Assembly (NCBI GenBank): GCA_028690055.1
Contig: JAQVBZ010000005.1
Location: 379-64,378 of the forward strand
Length of the DNA: 64,000 nt
Origin: Minisyncoccota bacterium
GTDB lineage: Bacteria; Patescibacteriota; Minisyncoccia; JAHIHE01; JAGLIN01
Reading direction: 5' to 3'
Below the pieces are notes generated by a model. That model was not told where the DNA came from, did no database searches, and was given only the letters and a program-made list of their open reading frames with translations. Position numbers and translations under genes: made by a program. Within the stretch, counting starts at the first letter, position 1; every line of letters starts with the position of its first letter. Positions 21,260-30,339 of this stretch are shown here, piece after piece.

Positions 21260-23362
21260 CTATTCCAAATGAACATCTTTCTCGAAAATCCTGATTCGCG
21301 ATAGAAGTTCGGGATATTTCTTGAGATCCGCATCCATTTCCAAGATAACTTTCGCTTCTTCTCGTGTCGCCTGAATGAGCTCAGAATCGGAAAGCGATGC
21401 CATCGCCAAATCGGGCAACCCCGATTGTCGCACTCCGACCAGTTCTCCCGGACCGCGTAATTCCAAATCTTTCTGCGCCAAATCGAATCCGCTCTCACAC
21501 TCGATGAGCGCTTTGAGCCGTCGATGAGCCTTGCCCGAAGTCGAATCGGTAAAAAGGAAGCAACGCGACTGAAACTCTCCCCGCCCGACTCGGCCGCGGA
21601 ATTGGTGCAACTGCGCCAGACCGAATCGGTCCGCACCTTCAATAAGCATTACGGTAGCGTTAGGAATGTCTATTCCCACTTCCACCACAGAGGTCGAAAC
21701 CAGAATATTGATTTTGTTTTTCGAGAACTTTTTCATCACCTCTTCTTTCTCTTTCGGTTTCATCTTCCCGTGCAAAAGCCCGATTGCAAGATCGGGATAA
21801 ATTTCTTTCTCGAGCTTCTCGAATGTTTCCGTTGCCGATTTTACTTCCAGTACATCGGACTCCTCAATCAACGGACAAATGACAAACGCCTGCCGCCCGG
21901 ATTTGATTTCCTTGCGGATAAAATCGTAAGTACTCTCCCGATTGCCTGGCGCCACCAGCTCGGTAATGATTTTCTGACGCCCCTTCGGCATCTCATTCAA
22001 AATAGACAGATCCAAGTCACCATAGACCGTAAGAGCGAGCGTGCGCGGAATCGGCGTTGCCGTCATCGACAAAAGATGCGGCACTGTCGCCACAAACCCG
22101 TCCTCGATATCTGATACTTCACTTTGAGTCTGTGCCCGCTGCTCGATACCGAAACGGTGTTGTTCATCCACGACGGAAAGCGCGAGACTCTTGAAAAAGA
22201 CTTTCTCCTGGATGAGCGCATGCGTGCCGATCACCAAATCCGCCTCACCTTTCTTTATTGCAGATAATATCTTTTCCTTGGTCAAACTCTTTTCGTCCCT
22301 GCCGTCAAAATATCTGCTTTCACTTCCCGTGAGAAGCGCAATCCTGATATTTGTGCCGTGAAATCTTTTCAAACTTTCCGCAAAATGCTGCCTCGCCAAG
22401 ATTTCCGTCGGCGCCATAATGAGTGCTTGATAGCCGGAGCGGACCGCCACCAACACCGCCAAAAGCGCCACCAAAGTTTTTCCGGAACCCACGTCGCCCT
22501 CCAAAAGCCGGTTCATCGGACTGTCTTTTTCCATATCCTTAATGATTTTCCAAACAGCGATTTTTTGCCCATCAGTAAGCTTGAACGGCAGCTTCTCCAA
22601 GAAATATTTTATTTCCGCTTCCAATTCTTTGTCATACCTGATTCCCACCGCTTTCTGCCGTTGCCATTCCTGCCTCTGCCGCTGCATATATAACTGCACC
22701 AGGAATAGTTCATCAAAAGCGAGCCGCCGTTTGGCAAGCTCCGCCGCCACATCATCATCCGGAAAATGTATCTGCCGGATCGCTTCACTCAGACCCAGTA
22801 AATCCTGCCGCTCCAAAACTTCCTCCGGCAAAAACTCCGTCGCCTCGTCCGAGAGAGACAATAGCGGCTTGATATGTACGCGCAACCATTTGGAAGAAAG
22901 TCCCTCCGTTTCGTGATAGACCGGCACCAACCGCCCCGTGTGCAGATTGCTCTTGCCCAACGCCTCCCATGCGGGACCGGAAAGCTGCATTCCTTCCTTG
23001 GCAAAAGTAACCTTACCACTCAAGCTGACATTCGTTCCTGCCTTCAAACTGTTCGTCAAAAACGGCTGATTGAACCAGACCGCCCGTATTACCCCCGAGT
23101 CATCCTCGATCGCCGCTTCGGTAAGTATCATATTCCGCCGCCGCGTCCGCACGTTTTGAATCTCCAAAATCTCTCCTTTTATGCTCACCACCTGCCCCAC
23201 TTCCACATCCTTGATCGCTTTGAAATCCGAAAAGTCATCATAGCGGAAAGGAAAATGAAAAAGCAGGTCCCCGGCAGTTCTGATACCAAGCTTGTGCAGA
23301 TACAAGACATTGCGCGGCCCGACCTGCGGCAATTCTTCGATTGGAGTTTTGAGTGTTATCAT
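21260..23362 (-). CDS. recG: ATP-dependent DNA helicase RecG
   Basis: 700 aa. N-terminal wedge/OB domain, Walker A GDVGSGKT, DEQH box (VVDEQHRFG), helicase C motifs QLHQFRGRVGRG. Confidence 0.9.
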   Translation of the reverse strand: MITLKTPIEELPQVGPRNVLYLHKLGIRTAGDLLFHFPFRYDDFSDFKAIKDVEVGQVVSIKGEILEIQNVRTRRRNMILTEAAIEDDSGVIRAVWFNQPFLTNSLKAGTNVSLSGKVTFAKEGMQLSGPAWEALGKSNLHTGRLVPVYHETEGLSSKWLRVHIKPLLSLSDEATEFLPEEVLERQDLLGLSEAIRQIHFPDDDVAAELAKRRLAFDELFLVQLYMQRQRQEWQRQKAVGIRYDKELEAEIKYFLEKLPFKLTDGQKIAVWKIIKDMEKDSPMNRLLEGDVGSGKTLVALLAVLVAVRSGYQALIMAPTEILARQHFAESLKRFHGTNIRIALLTGSESRYFDGRDEKSLTKEKILSAIKKGEADLVIGTHALIQEKVFFKSLALSVVDEQHRFGIEQRAQTQSEVSDIEDGFVATVPHLLSMTATPIPRTLALTVYGDLDLSILNEMPKGRQKIITELVAPGNRESTYDFIRKEIKSGRQAFVICPLIEESDVLEVKSATETFEKLEKEIYPDLAIGLLHGKMKPKEKEEVMKKFSKNKINILVSTSVVEVGIDIPNATVMLIEGADRFGLAQLHQFRGRVGRGEFQSRCFLFTDSTSGKAHRRLKALIECESGFDLAQKDLELRGPGELVGVRQSGLPDLAMASLSDSELIQATREEAKVILEMDADLKKYPELLSRIRIFEKDVHLE

Positions 23363-23472
23363 ATGAAAAATATTTTACTATCTATATGGATTTTACCAAA
23401 ATTGCCGTAAGACTACAAATAAAAAAGTGCCAATCCTGATGGATTGACAAAAGATTATCAGATCTTCAATTA

Positions 23473-24402
23473 CTAATACAATACCTCTTCTTTAACCGCC
23501 TTTTCTTTCTCAATAGTATAAGAAGTCTTTTTACCTGCTGCTACAGTCGTTGTGACAGCTATTACCGCAGGTAGTTTTTTAGATTTTTTTCCTCCTTTCA
23601 TTCTTCTTCTACTTCGCACCTTTATAAGCGCTTCCAGTCTTTCTCCCCCTAACAGTGTTCGTTGTTCACTATCCAGGACAAGACAGCATTTAGACGACTC
23701 TCCCGCTTCGATACTGATAACTTTACCGCTCACAAGCTGAATTTGCACAGTATCTCTTTTCCCGTTAAGGACTTCATTAAACATTCTGCGAGCTTCCTCC
23801 TGCCAGAGGTCCTGTCTGTTCAGAGGCCTGATATCCTTAAGTTCATATTCGTTAGAAATAGTTCCATCATCCCACCAAACGCGGCGGGACCTTTCCTCTT
23901 GATACCGAGCCTCACTCATACCCAAACATGTTTTTACTTCTCTGATATGCAAAATCGGATCGCTTACCACAAATTTTCTTCCCGGTCTATAAACAGGATC
24001 ATCGCAAAGCCAATTAGGAAACGCATAGTCTTTCCAAAGTGCCTGATTAGCAACGGCGTAAAACCATGGACTGAGCCTGTTACAAACCACAGACCGCATA
24101 CAGCCTAGAGCTTTTGCAATCGAACTAAAATTACTATTCCAGGCCACTAGGGCAGTCTTTATGGAAGTGAACTCATAGAATTTAGAACCGGTTTCTGTGT
24201 CGTATTCATGAATTATTATCCCCCATCTGCCATCAGGAGGATTCTTGATTTCCAGAATTTCAGTAAACCCACCACAGCCTCCGTTTCCGCCACCTATATA
24301 TTTTATCTGTTCGATATCAAACCTGCTCAGATGCCCGTATCCTCCGTGTCCTACCATTACTTCATGCGTAACTGGAAAATCAAGATGTTTTATGTATTTC
24401 AT
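23473..24402 (-). CDS. Hypothetical protein
   Basis: 309 aa. Gly-rich HGGYGH/GGGNGGCGG segment and Lys-rich C-terminus. No motif recognised. Confidence 0.45.
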   Translation of the reverse strand: MKYIKHLDFPVTHEVMVGHGGYGHLSRFDIEQIKYIGGGNGGCGGFTEILEIKNPPDGRWGIIIHEYDTETGSKFYEFTSIKTALVAWNSNFSSIAKALGCMRSVVCNRLSPWFYAVANQALWKDYAFPNWLCDDPVYRPGRKFVVSDPILHIREVKTCLGMSEARYQEERSRRVWWDDGTISNEYELKDIRPLNRQDLWQEEARRMFNEVLNGKRDTVQIQLVSGKVISIEAGESSKCCLVLDSEQRTLLGGERLEALIKVRSRRRMKGGKKSKKLPAVIAVTTTVAAGKKTSYTIEKEKAVKEEVLY

Positions 24403-24715
24403 GGCCTCCTTGATCTCGTTTACTTTGCCCGGTAAACAATAACCGGAAACGATTTGCCCCCTCGGAAGAACAACTTCAAAACCTATAGTAAGCGAATAGT
24501 CTATATCTTCTTTACCATCAAGATCAGATATTCAGACTCCTCCTTCTTTTCTATTTTTTCTAAAACCTGTTTTTGTTTTTCTTTTTACCAGATTAAAGCG
24601 AAAACATGATTTTGTCAAAATAAAACACCCGCCCCAAAGTAGGCAGGCATTTTGCTATTTAATTCCTCACTAAATCGATATTAAAAAGCTTGCGCAAAAA
24701 CAAATCGTACAATAA

Positions 24716-25156
24716 CTATTCGGACTTTTCAGTTACCGGCTCCGACACATCTTCCCCATCTATCACACTCTCTCCGAAATAATCCTGACACACCGAAAAC
24801 AACGACGGCATCACTCCGTTATTTATGCAAATCCCAAAATCGTTTTTAAGCTCGGATAGTTCCACAAAACATAATGACTTCAACTCTGCGATTTCAATCT
24901 TGGCGCAAATAGCCTCATTCTTTCTTACCTTTGCCACTTTCAGATAGCAATCACCCTGCGCCAATTTGTTGTCAGTAATCTTAGCGCACGCCGACTGTGT
25001 GAATACCACCTGATTATTCGGAATCTGCGAATTATTCTCCGCCGAAATCACGAGCATATAATAGGATATCCCCCAAATCGTAATGATTCCGATAAACGAA
25101 CTGGCAACCACGATTACCTTCGCCATCTTAAGAAGAGACGATTCCTTTTTTTGCAT
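24716..25156 (-). CDS. Hypothetical membrane-anchored protein
   Basis: 146 aa. N-terminal TM (MAKVIVVASSFIGIITIWGISYYMLVI) and a Cys-containing extracellular domain. Confidence 0.5.
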   Translation of the reverse strand: MQKKESSLLKMAKVIVVASSFIGIITIWGISYYMLVISAENNSQIPNNQVVFTQSACAKITDNKLAQGDCYLKVAKVRKNEAICAKIEIAELKSLCFVELSELKNDFGICINNGVMPSLFSVCQDYFGESVIDGEDVSEPVTEKSE

Positions 25157-25522
25157 AGTTTTTGTTTATGTTAATATTAACCCTTATCCGATTCAGATTG
25201 TTCTTTTAGTATGAGATTGATTTTATTCTAACACTTTTTCGAAAAAAAAACAAAAAGGCGACTAGCTTATACCGAATTAACTAAATGTTATACAATCTAG
25301 TCATACAGCATTTGAAATTTCTCCCGCTTCGGACGGTATTGCCACGTCATAGCGTAATCGCAGCGACGGGGAGAGAAGTTTCTCCTTCGCCAAAGGCTAC
25401 GGCATAGCTAAGCGGGGTAAGGGGGGAATAAAAGTGAAATCGTTATGTCGCAGATTAAGTTGGTTTGGTTTTGCATACACTACTTCCGCGATTAAAAGAA
25501 CTTCATGCGCCGGAACAGATTT

Positions 25523-25618
25523 CTGTATTTCGGACCACGCCCAGAGACAGTATGTGGTGCGAGATAGAATGTTTTTGTGCGGCATTCACACCATTTCTAG
25601 TGTGGTCCGAAATACAGC
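25523..25618. repeat. Perfect 16-bp inverted repeat (CTGTATTTCGGACCAC ... GTGGTCCGAAATACAG) with 64-nt spacer
   Basis: Read directly from the sequence. Lies in a 530-bp intergenic region full of smaller hairpins (GGAGAGAAGUUUCUCC, GCCAAAGGC). Confidence 0.4.
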
Positions 25619-25688
25619 ATCGCTTCCTTTTTTCGAGTAAATAAAAAAGGAGGATATTTTTTGCTTCTGTACAACCATTCGCCTGAGG

Positions 25689-26345
25689 TTATTCCGCCAC
25701 ACGGATTTCACCAGTTTCAACATTGATGATTCTTTTTTCCGTATTGCCCGTAAGTCCCAAATAAGCCGAGTAAACCACAGCTTTATCATCCGCAGACCAA
25801 ATGAAGCTATCCCCGCCTCCCCCGGTCATGAATCGGAAACTCGTCTGCGTGCCGCCCTCACCGCAATCATCAGCCACGTCGCCAACAGAGTCTGTCTGCA
25901 TGCCATTCAGAGAACAGGTCGCAGCAGAAATTTTATAAATCCCTATCCATGCCTCGGGCAAATCTCCCGGCAAGCAAGAAGATGAAAAAACTATCTCCCG
26001 TTTGTTATAAGATAAAACTGCCGCCGAAAAACATTCTCCCGAATATTTAGCGTTGCCGGTTTGAAAGGTGTCCGGATTATATTCATAGCCGTTGTCTTTC
26101 AAAAATTTCTTGGCCTCGTCAATTGTAAAAATCACTTCACCGGAACTATTGTCAACGACGGATTTAGCATCATCCGACACCCGGATAGAAGATGCAAAAA
26201 TCGCCGGCTCCGGGACAGCCTCCTCCTCGACAGACGGTTTCGATATATAAGACAAAGCCCATACCAACATAACGATGCCAACTATCAAATAAACTATTTT
26301 TTTCAGTTTTGCCGTCTTGGCGGAGTTGATTTCTTCGTTCTGCAT
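25689..26345 (-). CDS. Hypothetical membrane-anchored secreted protein
   Basis: 218 aa. N-terminal TM (IVYLIVGIVMLVWALSYI). Cys-containing extracellular domain. Confidence 0.5.
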   Translation of the reverse strand: MQNEEINSAKTAKLKKIVYLIVGIVMLVWALSYISKPSVEEEAVPEPAIFASSIRVSDDAKSVVDNSSGEVIFTIDEAKKFLKDNGYEYNPDTFQTGNAKYSGECFSAAVLSYNKREIVFSSSCLPGDLPEAWIGIYKISAATCSLNGMQTDSVGDVADDCGEGGTQTSFRFMTGGGGDSFIWSADDKAVVYSAYLGLTGNTEKRIINVETGEIRVAE

Positions 26346-26381
26346 AATTTTTGCAAATTTATAAATAATTATTTTTTCCTG

Positions 26382-26426
26382 AAGTGGTAGATTTTAGTCT
26401 GCGCAGCTATCCTATGCGGTTGATAC
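26382..26426. repeat. Partial (5'-half) copy of the repeated structured element
   Basis: AGATTTTAGTCTGCGCAGCTATCCTAT matches AGACTTCAGTCTGCGCGGTTGTCCTAT of copy C. It lacks the 3' half. Confidence 0.3.
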
Positions 26427-26464
26427 AAACTAATAGGAGGAGTAAACAATTGATATGAGCTAAC

Positions 26465-26574
26465 GAGTGGAGTAGCAGGTTTTAACCTGCGCGGTTGTCC
26501 TATTCAAGTGAAACGTGCTATTACCGAGAATTAAGAGGCTTGGAATAGCCGCGCGGGATAAATTCCGCCACTCC
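26465..26574. ncRNA. Copy B of the repeated structured element
   Basis: GAGTGGAGTAGCAGGTTTTAACCTGCGCGGTTGTCC...GCTTGGAATAGCCGCGCGGGATAAATTCCGCCACTCC. Closing stem GAGUGG/CCACUC. Confidence 0.45.
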
Positions 26575-26633
26575 GAAGTAATAGCCGGTTCGCTATTCTC
26601 TTCGAGTGGTATATCATTAAATCCCATTACAAC

Positions 26634-27458
26634 CTATTCGCCATTTATCACTCGCGGAAAATATTCAAATAGATCACTGGCGAGTAGTGACTCGCCATAT
26701 TTCACGCCAGCCATCTCACCCGCACTTCCATTAATATAACACGCGGCTTCGGCCGCTTCAAGAGGGTCAGTTCCTCTCGCCAATAGCGCGCCACATATCC
26801 CCGCGAGCGTATCACCGAATCCACCCTTGCTCATAAAAGCGTTACCGGTACGATTGAGCAAAGTGCGCTCTCCATCAGAAATCACATCGGTCGCCCCCTT
26901 TAGGATCACAACCGCGCCCAGCTTCTCTGCTGCAACTTTTACTTTTGTCTGTCGCTCTTCGATATCATCTCCGACCTTCTCTCCGGTCAGATATTCGAAC
27001 TCGGGAATATTGGGAGTTAGAACTGCCTGCTTGCCTTTCAATATTTCTTCGTGTCCGGCCACTGCCCTGATCGCCTCCGCATCAAGTACCATCGGCAAAT
27101 CTATTTTCTGGATTAATTTTCGTATCGCCAAGAAAGATTCCTCCGACCGTTTCATGCCACCGCCCATCACCAACGTATCGAATCTCTGAGAAAGTTCCAT
27201 GAGATTCGATACGTCATCCTCTTCGAATTCTCCCTCCAGCGGAAAGGTAATCATATCCGGCCGATAAGCCGCCACGACATCCATCGTCCGCCGATGCCCC
27301 GCCACTGTAACTAGATCCGCCCCACACCGCAGCGCCGACATCGCATTAAAAATCGGAGAACCGGAGTACATCTCGCTCCCCGCCACGATCAGCACATACC
27401 CAAAATCACCTTTGTGAGCATTCGCTTTCCTTGTAGTATAAATCTTTTTTAGATTCAT
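26634..27458 (-). CDS. nnrD: ADP-dependent NAD(P)H-hydrate dehydratase (YjeF C-terminal/carbohydrate kinase-like domain)
   Basis: 274 aa. GDFGYVLIVAGSEMYSGSPIFNAMSALRCGADLV and C-terminal KGGFGDTLAGICGALLARG signatures of the YjeF_C family. Confidence 0.8.
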   Translation of the reverse strand: MNLKKIYTTRKANAHKGDFGYVLIVAGSEMYSGSPIFNAMSALRCGADLVTVAGHRRTMDVVAAYRPDMITFPLEGEFEEDDVSNLMELSQRFDTLVMGGGMKRSEESFLAIRKLIQKIDLPMVLDAEAIRAVAGHEEILKGKQAVLTPNIPEFEYLTGEKVGDDIEERQTKVKVAAEKLGAVVILKGATDVISDGERTLLNRTGNAFMSKGGFGDTLAGICGALLARGTDPLEAAEAACYINGSAGEMAGVKYGESLLASDLFEYFPRVINGE

Positions 27459-27498
27459 GTTTTTTAATAAATATAGAAAAGGTGTGTTCTCTCACTTC

Positions 27499-27594
27499 GA
27501 GTAGCAGACTTCAGTCTGCGCGGTTGTCCTATTAGAAAAAACATATAACGTATTGTTACCTAGGATAACCACACGGGTTGAAACCCGTTACTCC
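27499..27594. ncRNA. Copy C of the repeated structured element
   Basis: GAGTAGCAGACTTCAGTCTGCGCGGTTGTCC...GGATAACCACACGGGTTGAAACCCGTTACTCC. Both hairpins carry compensatory substitutions relative to copies A and B. Confidence 0.45.
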
Positions 27595-27639
27595 CTATGA
27601 CATAACAGCCTCGCCTTACCAAATACACTTCAATACCAA

Positions 27640-28335
27640 TTAACAATTTTTCAACAAATTATCATACACAATCTTCGACCAATTCTCAAAACTCTCATAA
27701 TGCTCCGGCAAATCTTCTTTTGTAATCCACACGCCGGTCATGACTCCGTCTTCCTCCGATTTGATCTTATTGGTATTGACCACGATTTCATAAACCAACC
27801 CCAGATGATCGATATCCACTCCCAAATCGCTTTTGATAATCCCTCGAAGTTCCACGCATTCTATAATCCCCTCATCCAACCCCGCCTCCTCTTTCGCCTC
27901 CCGAAGAAGCGCATTCTGAAAAGTCCTTTCCAAATCCCCTTCCGTGATATCAGTATCATCGACATGTCCGCCGATAAGCCCCTTCTTACCGATAAGCCGC
28001 AGTTCCCCTCCCCCCGACTCGCGCAAGATGAAAAAATATTCGTCTTCGTATCTGATAAGCACATAAGGAATCGGATGACGCCTTGTGGGATGGTATTCCA
28101 AGAGACTCCGCCTTCCAACTCCGAACGGCAAATCGAAAATCTGCGTCTCTTTCGTAAACACACCTGAGATATTTCCCAAATCTTTTTCCTCAAAAAATAT
28201 GATCCTCTCTCGCGTAGACGGTTTGATGCTTTCCAAATAATCCGCTTTTTCAATATTCAACCTCTCCCACTCTTCCGAACCGAATTCCGCCTTATCACGC
28301 TGAGCCAAGAGTTCTTCCAATTTTATATCCGCCAT
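27640..28335 (-). CDS. NUDIX hydrolase family protein
   Basis: 231 aa. Nudix box GGHVDDTD-x12-REAKEEAGL. Confidence 0.7.
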   Translation of the reverse strand: MADIKLEELLAQRDKAEFGSEEWERLNIEKADYLESIKPSTRERIIFFEEKDLGNISGVFTKETQIFDLPFGVGRRSLLEYHPTRRHPIPYVLIRYEDEYFFILRESGGGELRLIGKKGLIGGHVDDTDITEGDLERTFQNALLREAKEEAGLDEGIIECVELRGIIKSDLGVDIDHLGLVYEIVVNTNKIKSEEDGVMTGVWITKEDLPEHYESFENWSKIVYDNLLKNC

Positions 28336-28488
28336 ATTTTTACTTTATGATTACACTTTCATTCTAACAAAAATCAGCCATAAAGAAAAACAATCCGGCC
28401 ACATCAGAAAAATACACCGAACAAAAAAACACCAGACTGATGTTTTTTTATCTTACAAACATAGATTGATGCGAAGACGCGCGAAAAA

Positions 28489-28791
28489 CTATTTTTCATG
28501 TATCGAACTTTCCGATGCATTGGTTTTTAACGCCGTGCTGCCGACACCGGAAGCGAGAGAAAAGGTCAAAGCGTTTATAAGGATAAGGAACATAACTACA
28601 ATACACATGGCCTGCCTTTCTGTCTTGATCAATCCGCCGGAAAGCTTGAAAACCAAACGATAGATAGTGGGGGTTTTCTGCATTTTTAAAATCTTTTCTT
28701 TTGAACGTCGTTTCGCCGTTAATGCTCCGTCTGTCTTATCCAAGACCTGACTCAAATCGACAAAATCGCCTTGACCTTTGTTTTGTTCCAT
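28489..28791 (-). CDS. Hypothetical small membrane protein
   Basis: 100 aa with one TM (CIVVMFLILINALTFSLA). Coding status uncertain. Confidence 0.3.
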   Translation of the reverse strand: MEQNKGQGDFVDLSQVLDKTDGALTAKRRSKEKILKMQKTPTIYRLVFKLSGGLIKTERQAMCIVVMFLILINALTFSLASGVGSTALKTNASESSIHEK

Positions 28792-28927
28792 GGTGATATT
28801 GATGAATTATCTTAAATCGGACAGCTATCGTTTTGACTTAGAAAATCTTAGCTCTTGCGATCAAACCATCCTACCCCTCCTACTTCAAACTACAAACAAA
28901 AACTACTATCTCTCAAAACCTTCAATG

Positions 28928-28999
28928 TGCCCTCGATAGGAATCGAACCTATATCACGGGTTCCGCAAACCCGCGTTCTATCCATTGAACTACGAGGAC
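28928..28999 (-). tRNA. tRNA-Arg (anticodon GCG as read; CCA not encoded)
   Basis: Minus-strand read GTCCTCG-TA-GTTC-AATGGATA-GAAC-G-CGGGT-TTGCGGA-ACCCG-TGAT-ATAGG-TTCGATT-CCTAT-CGAGGGC-A. Cloverleaf with 7-bp acceptor, 4-bp D stem, 5-bp anticodon stem and 5-bp T stem. T-loop TTCGATT. A20 and A73 are consistent with Arg identity. Confidence 0.7.
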
Positions 29000-29077
29000 C
29001 TAAGCCCCATTCCCTCACACCTCCCTTCAAAAAACCTTCCCGGCGAAAGAGCTTGCGCCCCGCCAAATTTCTCATCG

Positions 29078-30112
29078 TCAGTTCTTTCCGTTCAGATACT
29101 CATCAACCTTCTGATCGATAAATTCGTCCTCAGTCATATCCTCCTCGCTCTTCCCACGCTTGCGGAAATTAAAGAGTGCGTCTTCTTGCTTCTCTTTCGG
29201 CAAGAAATATGCCAAAAGCGTCTCAATATACACGACATCTTGTCCCTCTGTAAGATGCAGCTCTCTGGTCGGAAATATCGAATCATGCAGCTGCAGCTTC
29301 ACGATGTCAAAGTCCCCATTCTTGGTAAGCTCGAAGGAATGTATGTTATCGAACCTATACAATTTACCATCTATTAAGATTCCGTCAATGTTTATCTCAT
29401 ATTCAACATCCCGCGGCACATCTTTTAGTTCTATCACAATCATAACCACCAACGCCAAAAAAGTTAAAGCCGTAAGCCAGTTCTGTCCGATTGCAGACCA
29501 TAAGAATGTTATTACAGAAGCGACTAAGCTCACTTCATAAAAGAAAGTCCGTCCCTCCGGCCTCACAAAGTTTTTGCCTGTCCATTTGATGAAAGTTTTC
29601 TCTTCTTCGCCCGCCATATCCGCCAAATCGTCATCTACTTTTTCGCCGGCTATATCTGTCAAATCATCTTTTATTTCTACCTCCTCATTCTCCGCACTCC
29701 TTTCCTTATCTCTTCTGTCCAATTCCTCAATCCCGGTTCTCACTTCTTCATATACAACCCCCTCTCGTATCTCCACTCTTTTTTCAATTTCACTTTTTTT
29801 GCCACCTGTAGATTTCTTTGTGCTGCTTGTCTTATTTTTCTGCGCAGTAACGCCCTTAGCTTTCTTAGTTCCAACCGCCTTCTTTCCAACCACCTTTTTG
29901 ACCTCCTTCCCCGTTTCTTTTTTGATTGCCTTAACAGTTTTCTTCGTCTCCGGTTTTACCGCCTCTTTTTTAACCATCTTTTTCACCTCTTCCTTCGTCT
30001 TCTTTTGCTCCGCCATAAACGGCTCACGCGCAATGGTCACACGTTTCTTTCTCAAAGTTTTAGCGACTTTCTTCAACTCCTCCTTTTTTGTTTTTGTTTT
30101 TACCTCTTTCAT
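29078..30112 (-). CDS. Lysine-rich (histone H1-like N-terminus) membrane protein, hypothetical
   Basis: 344 aa. N-terminal 110 aa of KKxxK/AKK repeats, acidic linker, one TM (FYEVSLVASVITFLWSAIGQNWLTALTFLALVVMIVI), C-terminal globular part. Confidence 0.5.
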   Translation of the reverse strand: MKEVKTKTKKEELKKVAKTLRKKRVTIAREPFMAEQKKTKEEVKKMVKKEAVKPETKKTVKAIKKETGKEVKKVVGKKAVGTKKAKGVTAQKNKTSSTKKSTGGKKSEIEKRVEIREGVVYEEVRTGIEELDRRDKERSAENEEVEIKDDLTDIAGEKVDDDLADMAGEEEKTFIKWTGKNFVRPEGRTFFYEVSLVASVITFLWSAIGQNWLTALTFLALVVMIVIELKDVPRDVEYEINIDGILIDGKLYRFDNIHSFELTKNGDFDIVKLQLHDSIFPTRELHLTEGQDVVYIETLLAYFLPKEKQEDALFNFRKRGKSEEDMTEDEFIDQKVDEYLNGKN

Positions 30113-30339
30113 TATATAGATATTAAATTTGTGTAAGTTCTACTGGTTATATCTTATCATTTTTGAAAGAAAATAACAAATCCACATTCGACATCATGTA
30201 TACAGAATCGGGATAAATCAACATCTCTACCCCCTCATCATTACACATAGTTAATCTCGCCCCCTCTCTTATCGGGAGAGGTTCAGTGCGAGAAGGAATA
30301 ATAGTCAAGACCTTTACCGCGGATAGGCTAGAAATATTA

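Noticed and set aside
21124-21642. 172-aa minus-strand ORF
   Set aside because: It overlaps the 3' part of recG in another frame. recG is motif-complete, so this is a shadow ORF.
25434-25640. 68-aa plus-strand ORF in the intergenic region
   Set aside because: It spans both arms of the perfect 16-bp inverted repeat and has no RBS. It is more likely RNA structure than coding sequence.
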